From: Deltaproteobacteria bacterium
GTDB lineage: Bacteria > Myxococcota_A > UBA9042 > PHBI01
Direction: 5' to 3'
Length of the DNA: 64,000 nucleotides
Assembly (NCBI GenBank): GCA_020632715.1
Contig: JACKFA010000007.1
Coordinates: 14,462 to 78,461 of the forward strand
Shown: one piece after another, positions 18,104 through 25,103 of the stretch
Layout of the letters: each line of letters opens with the position of its first letter
Numbering within the stretch: position 1 is the first letter of the stretch
Notes under the pieces: generated by a model
The model's input: the letters and a program-made list of their open reading frames with translations, nothing else
Told to the model about the DNA's origin: nothing
Databases searched by the model: none
Position numbers and translations under genes: made by a program

Positions 18104-19941
18104 TCGCCCTCCTCACCCACCTCGTCCTCGCCCAGCTCGGCGCCGCCACGGCCCCGACGGGCCCAGGCGGCGTCGACGTCGCCGCGCTCGCGTCGTGCGA
18201 GGACAGCCTCGACGTCGCCATCTTCCAGTCGCCGCGCCGCCCGGACGCGCGCGCGCCGATGCGCGTGATGATCGTGAGCGACCAGGACCTCGGCGCGGGG
18301 GTGACCGTCGTCGAGGTCGCCCCCGACGGCGCGCAGCGCGAGGTCGCGGCCGAGGCGTTCGGCGGGCCGCCCTGGGGCTGGGTGGTCATCGACGCCAAGC
18401 CCACGGTCGGGACGCACCGCTACGCGCTGGTCGCGGGCGGCGCCGTCCGCGCCTGCCAGGACGTCGAGGTGCGGAAGTCGGCCGGCGGCGGGCGCGCGCA
18501 CACGCCGGGCGAGGCGGCGTGGGACGACTACATCAAGTGGGAGCGCGACACGGAGAACCTGTACAGCCTCTGGGTGGAGCGCCTCTTCCTCGCGCCGCTC
18601 GAGGAGGACATCAGCTGGAACCCGCTCCACGACGTGCTGCGCGACCCGTCGCGGAACCTGCTCTACGACCACCTCGGGCTCGACGAGGACGCGGGCGGCA
18701 AGAAGGGGCTCAAGCTCGCGCCCGACTGCGCGGACTTCCCCTACTTCCTGCGCGCCTACTTCGCCTGGAAGATGGGGCTCCCGATGGCGTTCCGGCCGTG
18801 CCGGCGCGGGAACCGCGAGCGCGCGCCGACCTGCGGCGACATCGTCACGAACGAGCTCACGAGCGACGCGGACACGCGCGTCGGGGCGTTCAAGGACTTC
18901 GTGCGGAAGCTGCAGGGGACGGTCCACAGCTCGAGCCTGCGCGGCGTGCCGGAGGACGAGGACAGCGACTTCTACCCGGTGAAGCTGAACCGGCGCGGGC
19001 TGCGGCCGGGGACGATCTATACCGATCCGTATGGTCACACGATGATGGTGGGCCGCTGGTACCCGCAGGAGGCGGGGAAGCCGGGCGTGCTGATGGCCAT
19101 CGACGCGCAGCCGGACGGGACGATCGGGCGGCGGATCTTCTGGAAGGGCTCGTTCATGTTCCCGGAGGACGACGCGCTCAAGGGGGCGGGCTGGAAGCGG
19201 TTCCGTCCGGTGCGGCGCGCGCGCGGCGGGCACGAGGAGCTCGGCAACGAGGCGATCGGCGAGAGCGTCGACTACGGGGACTTCTCGGTGGAGCAGTGGT
19301 CGCGCGGGCAGGAGGGCTTCTACGAGCTCATGGACGAGGTCATCAACCCGGAGCCGCTGCCGCCGGAGCTCGCGCTGATGATGACGATCGACGCGCTCGA
19401 GCAGCAGGTGGCGCGGCGGGTCGAGAGCATCGACACGGGCGAGCAGTACGTGCGGTCGCACCCGGGGAAGCCGGTGAAGATGCCGGACGGGCCGGCGATC
19501 TTCGTGACGGCGGGGCCGTGGGAGGACTACTCGACGCCGGCGCGGGACCTCCGGATCCTCATCGCCATCGACACGGTGAAGGCCTTCCCGGACCGCGTGC
19601 GGCGCTACCCGTCGCGCTTCGAGCTCGCGGCAGGGGCCGACATGGACGCGGTCGTGGCGGGGCTCCGCGAGAAGCTCGCGGCGGAGACGGGGCGGCGGTC
19701 GATCACCTACACGCGGACGGATGGGTCGAAGCAGACGCTGACGCTCGCCGAGGTGATGGCGCGGTCGAAGGCGCTCGAGATGGCGTACAACCCGAACGAC
19801 TGCGTGGAGTGGCGCTGGGGGGCCCCGGAGGGGTCGGACGAGGCGTCGACGTGCAAGCGGCGGGCGCCCGAGGGGCAGCGCGACAAGATGGAGCGCGAGT
19901 ACCGGGGCTGGTTCGAGCGGCGCTACCGGCCGGTCGAGTAG
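18100..19941 (+). CDS. Secreted hypothetical protein (613 aa), possible transglutaminase-like papain-fold domain
   Basis: ATG overlaps the NlpC/P60 stop (ATGA). Signal peptide MIALLTHLVLAQLGAATA. ..APDCADFPYFLRAYFAWKMGLP.. (Cys) and ..YTDPYGHTMMVGRW.. (His) are spaced like a transglutaminase-core Cys/His/Asp triad. No strong family match by eye. Confidence 0.5.
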   Translation: MIALLTHLVLAQLGAATAPTGPGGVDVAALASCEDSLDVAIFQSPRRPDARAPMRVMIVSDQDLGAGVTVVEVAPDGAQREVAAEAFGGPPWGWVVIDAKPTVGTHRYALVAGGAVRACQDVEVRKSAGGGRAHTPGEAAWDDYIKWERDTENLYSLWVERLFLAPLEEDISWNPLHDVLRDPSRNLLYDHLGLDEDAGGKKGLKLAPDCADFPYFLRAYFAWKMGLPMAFRPCRRGNRERAPTCGDIVTNELTSDADTRVGAFKDFVRKLQGTVHSSSLRGVPEDEDSDFYPVKLNRRGLRPGTIYTDPYGHTMMVGRWYPQEAGKPGVLMAIDAQPDGTIGRRIFWKGSFMFPEDDALKGAGWKRFRPVRRARGGHEELGNEAIGESVDYGDFSVEQWSRGQEGFYELMDEVINPEPLPPELALMMTIDALEQQVARRVESIDTGEQYVRSHPGKPVKMPDGPAIFVTAGPWEDYSTPARDLRILIAIDTVKAFPDRVRRYPSRFELAAGADMDAVVAGLREKLAAETGRRSITYTRTDGSKQTLTLAEVMARSKALEMAYNPNDCVEWRWGAPEGSDEASTCKRRAPEGQRDKMEREYRGWFERRYRPVE

Positions 19942-19964
19942 GCGGCGCCTGCGTCGTCGCTACA

Positions 19965-20153
19965 AGGAGCCTGTAGCGCATTAGGGCTTCGAGCGGATTC
20001 GAGGCGTTCTCGGAGCGGATCGGCGAGGCGACGCGAAGCGTCGCCGGTTCCAAAACCCGAGGCGAACCAGCAGGTTCGCCGCAGTGGTTTTGGAACGCCG
20101 AGACGCCCGAGAACGCCCGAAGACGCCGAAGCATCTATGCGCTACAGGCTCCT
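19965..20153. mobile_element. 189-bp MITE-like element, copy 1, with perfect 17-bp terminal inverted repeats AGGAGCCTGTAGCGCAT / ATGCGCTACAGGCTCCT
   Basis: Near-identical to 23998..24186. There is an internal palindrome (GGTTCCAAAACC...GGTTTTGGAACG). Its terminal CTAG supplies the TAG stop of the UbiA gene. Confidence 0.7.
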
Positions 20154-21051
20154 AGAGGAACACGTTGGCGACGAGGCCGGCGCGGGCCCAGAGGGCGGTG
20201 CCGACGAGGAAGATCGCGAGGAGTGCCGTGCCGAGGTGCGTCAGCAGGATGCAGTCGCGGGTCGTGAGGCCGCGGCGGAGGCGCGGGCGGTAGAAGGCGA
20301 GCTGGATCCCGGGGGCGAGGAGCATCAGGAGCTCGCGGAGGCCGACGGCGCCGGTGAGGAAGGCGGCGAGGAGCACCACGGCCGAGGTCGCGAGGAGGGC
20401 GTCGATGATCTGGCGCGCGCGCTCGGGGCCGTGGACGACGGGGTAGGTGGGGACGTTGGCGAGGCGGTCGCCGTCGAGGTCGCGGAGGTCGTAGAGGATC
20501 TCGTAGGTGATCTCGAAGGCGACGAAGAAGACCGCGAGCCAGGCGACGGCGGCGGGGCCGCCGGGGTAGACGAGGCGCCAGTCGGCGGCGACGAGCGGGT
20601 AGATGAAGACGGTCAGGACGAAGAGGACCGCCGACATGAAGTTCTTGAAGAAGTACAGGTCCTTGAAGCGCCGTAGCCCGCTCGGGGTGGGGACGAGGCG
20701 CCAGCTGTAGCCCATGCCGATGAGCTGGACGACGACGCGCCAGGGGGTGAGGGCGGGCAGGAGCGCGACGGTGACGGCGAAGGAGCCGACGAAGACGGCG
20801 ACCCACGCGACGAGCACGGCGCGCTGGGCGCGGGCGACGCGCTCGGTGCCGCGGATCCCGTTGGCGAGGTCCTCCTTCAGGTCGGTGACGCGGTTCAGGA
20901 GGTTGATGAGGAGCCAGTCGACGCCGCCGATGAGGGCGACCGCCCACGGGTAGACCCCCGTGAGGACCCAGCCGAAGACGACGGCGGCGGTCATCGCGAT
21001 GAGGATGATGTGGATCCGCAGGATGGAGGCGGCGTCGGCGAGCCAGGACAT
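20152..21051 (-). CDS. UbiA-family aromatic prenyltransferase (membrane)
   Basis: Start MSWLADAASIL at 21051. Eight or nine TM segments and Asp-rich motifs (..NRVTDLKEDLANG.., ..YDLRDLDGD..). The upstream 114 codons of the tracked ORF are rejected. Confidence 0.75.
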   Translation of the reverse strand: MSWLADAASILRIHIILIAMTAAVVFGWVLTGVYPWAVALIGGVDWLLINLLNRVTDLKEDLANGIRGTERVARAQRAVLVAWVAVFVGSFAVTVALLPALTPWRVVVQLIGMGYSWRLVPTPSGLRRFKDLYFFKNFMSAVLFVLTVFIYPLVAADWRLVYPGGPAAVAWLAVFFVAFEITYEILYDLRDLDGDRLANVPTYPVVHGPERARQIIDALLATSAVVLLAAFLTGAVGLRELLMLLAPGIQLAFYRPRLRRGLTTRDCILLTHLGTALLAIFLVGTALWARAGLVANVFL

Positions 21052-21139
21052 GCGCGGGCGTTTACCGCAGCGGGCGGGCAGCGGGCAACTGCCGTCGGTG
21101 TGTGGCTGCCGGGTGGCTCGGGGACCGGCCGAACGTGAC

Positions 21140-21545
21140 CACGGAGACACGGAGACACGGAGGGAGGAGGGAGAGGAGAGAGGCGTGGTACCGGTTGGGC
21201 GGTGGGAGTCGCGCTGTTGGGGGCCCTCGGGGCTCCGCGGGAGGGAACCACGGAGGCACGGAGGCACGGAGGGAGCAGTGATCTCCGGGGCTTCCGTCTC
21301 CGATAGGCGCTCGTGGTCTTCGGAGGGAGAGGAGGGCTCTCCCTCTCCTCCCACGCGCCCGCGGGGGTTCGACCCGGCCGCCAGGCAGGTCACCCCCCCG
21401 AACCCTCCGTGTCTCCGTGTCTCCGTGGTGAAGAAACGGAGTACTATCAGGCACTAAGCGCCGGAAGAGGGCGCGAGGTCCGAAGAGCCTCCCCTCCGTC
21501 CTCTCCCTCCTCCCTCCGTGTCTCCGTGTCTCCGTGGTTGAAAGT
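21140..21545. repeat. About 400-bp nested inverted-repeat element built on (CACGGAG)3-type arms (GACCACGGAGACACGGAGACACGGAGGGAGG ... CCTCCCTCCGTGTCTCCGTGTCTCCGTGGTTGAAAG)
   Basis: Outer arms lie at about 21142 and 21503, inner arms at about 21236 and 21393. The same arm motif recurs at 43168..43400. Confidence 0.5.
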
Positions 21546-21589
21546 CCCGCAACACCAGGGTGTTGCGACTTCGCCCCCCCGCCCGGCGG

Positions 21590-22072
21590 TCAGACCTGCT
21601 TCACGTACGTGATCAGGTCGTCGCCCGACTTATAAAAATCGGTGATGCGTCCGACCTCGACCATGTCGATTCGGTGATAGAACGCCTGGGTCGCGCCGTA
21701 GCTCTCGGTCGACGACGTCTCGATGCGCACGAGCTTCCCGCCCACCTCGCGCACCCTCGCCGCGCACGCCGCCCAGAGCTTCTTCCCGACCCCGAGCCCG
21801 CGCGCCTCCGGCGACACGACGATCCAGTACAGGTCGTACGTGTGCTCCGTCATCGGCGTCGCCCCGAAGCACACGTAGCCCAGCACCTCGCCCCCGCGCT
21901 CGGCCACCTCGACCCGGTACGTCGTCGCGTCCGGGCCGAGGAGCGCCTCGTCGATGAGCTCGAGCGCCACCACCACCTCGTCGGACGCGAAGTTCTCCGT
22001 CCGCTCCAGGATCGCCGCCAGCGCGAAGCGATCCCGCGCCTCGAGCGGCCTCACCACGATGTCTGCCGTCAC
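21590..22072 (-). CDS. GNAT-family N-acetyltransferase
   Basis: GTG start overlaps the ATP-grasp stop (GTGA). ..LYWIVVSPEARGLGVGKKL.. acetyl-CoA binding motif. The upstream 200 codons of tracked ORF 21590..22681 are rejected as low complexity. Confidence 0.75.
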   Translation of the reverse strand: MTADIVVRPLEARDRFALAAILERTENFASDEVVVALELIDEALLGPDATTYRVEVAERGGEVLGYVCFGATPMTEHTYDLYWIVVSPEARGLGVGKKLWAACAARVREVGGKLVRIETSSTESYGATQAFYHRIDMVEVGRITDFYKSGDDLITYVKQV

Positions 22073-23184
22073 ACCTGCACCCACAGGAGGTCTTCTCGCC
22101 CCGCGACGAGTCGCCCGGGCCGCCCGGCCCGGCGCTCCTTCAAGCTCGCGTCGTCGAGCAGCATCTCCGCGAGCCGCTCCCACGCGACCCCGCGGCTCTT
22201 CGCCGCGAGGCAGAACCCCGCCTCCGGATGCACGTCCGGGTTCGGGTTGATGTCGATGACACACGGCCGCCCCGCCGCGTCGAGCCGCATGTCGACCCGC
22301 CCGTAGCTCGTCCCGCGGATCGCCTCGAACGCCCGCCGCGCCACCTGCACCACCGCCCGGTGCAGCTCCGCGCCCAGCGTCTCCGCCGTCGCCGGCTTCG
22401 AGAACGCCGTCGACTCCGGACAGTCCGGCGTCCACTTGCAGTCGTACGTCACGATCGGCGCGTAGTCCGTCGGGTAGCCCGTGAAGTCGATCTCCGTGAT
22501 CGCGAAGAACCCCGTCAGCGGGTTCGGGCAGATCGCCACGTTGATCTCCCGCCCCGGCAGGTACGCCTCGACCAGATACGGCCCCGGGATCCGCTCCGCC
22601 AGCCACGCGAGCCGCTCCTCGAGCGCCGCGCGGTCGCGCACGAGCGACCCCTGGTCCACCCCGACCGACCCGTCCGCGCACGCCGGCTTCACGAACAGCG
22701 GGAACGGCAGCGTCGCCGCCGCCCGCCGCGCCTCCTCCGGCCCGTCCACGACCAGCCCCGGCGCCACCGGCACCCCACGCCGCTCGAGCAGCGTGCGCGC
22801 CACGTGCTTCGCCTGCGCCGCGAGCAGCGCCCGCGGCCCGTTCCCCGTGTACGGCACCCCGGCGACCTCGAGCAGCGCCGGCACCTCGTGCTCGCGGCTC
22901 CCGTCGCCCCCGAGCGACTCCACCAGGTTCACCACCCGCCCGGCCCCCGCCTGGACGATGTCCTCGACCAGCGCCTCCGGATCGTCGTCCACCGACATCA
23001 TCACGACGTCGTGGCCCGCCGCGGCGAGGTGCTCGCCGAACAGCCGCGCCACGTCCGCGGACTCCTCGCCGGCCTCGCAGCCGATCGCGTCGGCGGCGCT
23101 CCCGCCGGGCAGGTAGTCGCGGTTGTAGGCGATGACGACAGGGCCGGGCCGGCCCGAGGGAGGCTCCTCTTCGCGCTTCTGCAT
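22069..23184 (-). CDS. ATP-grasp enzyme of the D-alanine--D-alanine ligase family
   Basis: Ddl-like N-domain (..VVIAYNRDYLPGGSAADAI..) and ATP-grasp C-domain (..LFVKPACADGSVGV.., ..CVIDINPNPDVHPEAGF..). Start is at MQKREEEPP (23184). Confidence 0.75.
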   Translation of the reverse strand: MQKREEEPPSGRPGPVVIAYNRDYLPGGSAADAIGCEAGEESADVARLFGEHLAAAGHDVVMMSVDDDPEALVEDIVQAGAGRVVNLVESLGGDGSREHEVPALLEVAGVPYTGNGPRALLAAQAKHVARTLLERRGVPVAPGLVVDGPEEARRAAATLPFPLFVKPACADGSVGVDQGSLVRDRAALEERLAWLAERIPGPYLVEAYLPGREINVAICPNPLTGFFAITEIDFTGYPTDYAPIVTYDCKWTPDCPESTAFSKPATAETLGAELHRAVVQVARRAFEAIRGTSYGRVDMRLDAAGRPCVIDINPNPDVHPEAGFCLAAKSRGVAWERLAEMLLDDASLKERRAGRPGRLVAGREDLLWVQV

Positions 23185-23490
23185 CTTCAGTGGCTCCTCG
23201 GCGAGATCGCGTGCGATTGACGCCGGCGCGCCCCCCGCGACGTGGCTCTCACGTCGCGCGGCGTCCGGCTCTCGGTTCCGAGCTTCCCGACCCTGACGCA
23301 GACCCGCGCCAGGCATCCCCGGGAGCCACCTCGGAGCACCCCCGTTGGTGCGAACGGGTAACGACTTTGAAGCCGCGCGTCAAGCGGCGGGACGCAGTGT
23401 TTGCAACATCGGCGCGGCCGCCTGGGCAGCGGCTCTCCGCGGGTAACCGCGACGCCCCGCGAGGCTTCTCGCGACCGGAGCGCCCCCGGT

Positions 23491-24009
23491 ATGTTCCGAG
23501 CCGGAGAGGAGGGCTCCGTGAACGCGAGACAGGCCGCGATCCTGGCCGGCGTCGTGGCGATCGTCGCCGCGGGCGTCACGTGCGACGACGACGGTGGCCC
23601 GCGGCGGATCATCGACAACTTCTGCGCCACCGACCTCGACTGCGGCGCGCTCCTCTGTGTCGGCAGCGCCTGCGCCGATCCGGAGGGGGATCTCGACGGC
23701 GACGGCGTCGTGAACGGCGTCGAGCGCCGGATCGGCACCGACCTCACCCGCCCCGACACCGACGGCGACGGCAAGGGCGACTACGACGAGACGAGCGGCG
23801 GCTCCCTCACCCCGCCCGACCGCGACGGCGACGGCGCCATCGACGCCCTCGAGCGCGCCGACGTCGACACCGACGGCGACTGCCTCCCCGACGAGGCCGA
23901 CCCCGACGACGACGTCGTCGACCCCGACGCCTGCGGCCCCGACGCCTTCTGCGACGGCGACCTCGCCTGCGCCCCGCGCCGCGCCGACGGCGACCCGAGG
24001 AGCCTGTAG
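23491..24009 (+). pseudogene. 5' portion of a secreted Asp-rich (calcium-binding-repeat-like, DxDxDG) Cys-rich protein gene, interrupted by a MITE
   Basis: Signal-like ..AAILAGVVAIVAAGVTC.. and repeated ..DTDGDGKGDYDET.., ..DRDGDGAIDALE.. motifs. The frame ends on a TAG created inside the element terminus. Confidence 0.45.
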
Positions 24010-24186
24010 CGCATTAGGGCTTCGAGCGGATTCGAGGCGTTCTCGGAGCGGATCGGCGAGGCGACGCGAAGCGGCGTCGGTTCCAAAACCCGAGGCGAAC
24101 CAGCAGGTTCGCCGCAGCGGTTTTGGAACGCCGAGACGCCCGAGAACGCCCGAAGACAGCGAAGCATCTATGCGCTACAGGCTCCT
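23998..24186. mobile_element. 189-bp MITE-like element, copy 2, inserted within a coding region
   Basis: Same 17-bp TIRs as copy 1 and about 98% identical over its whole length. Confidence 0.7.
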
Positions 24187-25036
24187 AGCGACGACCCCGG
24201 GCAGTGCGCCTCGGGGGTCTGCTACGCGGGCCTCTGCGGCGCCACCTGAGTGTCCCGACGACGCCGGGTGCGACGGCCTCCTCTGCCAACCGAAGGGCCT
24301 CGGCGGCGCCGCGTGCGACGAGCCGCGCGAGTGCCTCTCCAACATGTGCGAGGCCGGCCTCTGCACCGGCTGCGCGGCCGACGCCGACTGCGACGACGGC
24401 GAGCCCTGCACCGACGACCGCTGCGACGACGCCGTCTGCGTGCAGGTCCCGAACACCGCCGCCTGCGACGACGGCGACGCCTGCACCTTCGCCGACGCCT
24501 GCGCCGGCGGCGCTTGCGCCGGCACCGCGGTCGTCTGCCAGGACGACCCCGGCCCCTGCGGCGCGAACCGCGCCTGCAACGGCACCGCCGCCTGCACCGT
24601 CACCTACCCGGGGAGCGGCACGGGCTGCAACGACGGCAACGCCTGCACCGTCGGCGACCACTGCAACGGCGGCGGCGCCTGCGTCGGCGGGGGGGCCGCG
24701 ACCAACGGCACCGGCTGCGGCGCGGCCGCCTCCCGGCGCTGCTGCGGCGGCACGTGCGTCGACACGAGCGCGGACGCCAGCAACTGCGGCGGCTGCGGGA
24801 TCGTCTGCGGCGCGGGCCTCGCCTGCGAGGATCCCGGCGTCACCACCGGCTGCGGCACCGCCGACTCCTCCGGGCGCTGCCGCTGCACCGGCGCGAACGC
24901 GCAGTGCCCGGGGTCGCAGATCTGCCGCACCTTCACCCCGTGGAACAACCGCTGCGCCCCCGTCGACGCCGGCAGCTGCGCCCCCGGGCAGCACGTCGTC
25001 GCGCTCTCGAGCTGCCCCGACCTCTGCAGCTATTGA
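24170..25036 (+). CDS. Cysteine-rich repeat protein (Myxococcus-type C-x-DGD-x-C-T-x-D-x-C-x-GG-x-C repeats); its first ATG lies inside the MITE
   Basis: At least nine Cys-rich units (..CDDGDACTFADACAGGACAGT.. and similar). No signal peptide from this start. Likely the 3' part of the disrupted gene, possibly still expressed. Confidence 0.45.
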   Translation: MRYRLLATTPGSAPRGSATRASAAPPECPDDAGCDGLLCQPKGLGGAACDEPRECLSNMCEAGLCTGCAADADCDDGEPCTDDRCDDAVCVQVPNTAACDDGDACTFADACAGGACAGTAVVCQDDPGPCGANRACNGTAACTVTYPGSGTGCNDGNACTVGDHCNGGGACVGGGAATNGTGCGAAASRRCCGGTCVDTSADASNCGGCGIVCGAGLACEDPGVTTGCGTADSSGRCRCTGANAQCPGSQICRTFTPWNNRCAPVDAGSCAPGQHVVALSSCPDLCSY

Positions 25037-25103
25037 GCGCCGACGCGCGGCCCCCAGCGACGTCGCGGTTGCCAAAAGCCCCCGTTCGCGCTTCCTTCCA
25101 GGC

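Noticed and set aside
20137-20676. ORF 20137..20676 + starting at the ATG inside MITE copy 1 (MRYRLLEEHVGDE..)
   Set aside because: It is antisense to the UbiA gene and acidic low complexity. It only illustrates that the MITE carries an outward-facing ATG.
24204-25103. N-terminal 300-codon extension of the pglB ORF (24204..), plus ORFs 24250..26007 + and 25178..27343 + in other frames
   Set aside because: The extension is an Ala/Pro/Thr low-complexity read-through of the upstream Cys-rich gene in the wrong frame. The OST starts at MPAPRKP (25104), right after that gene's stop.
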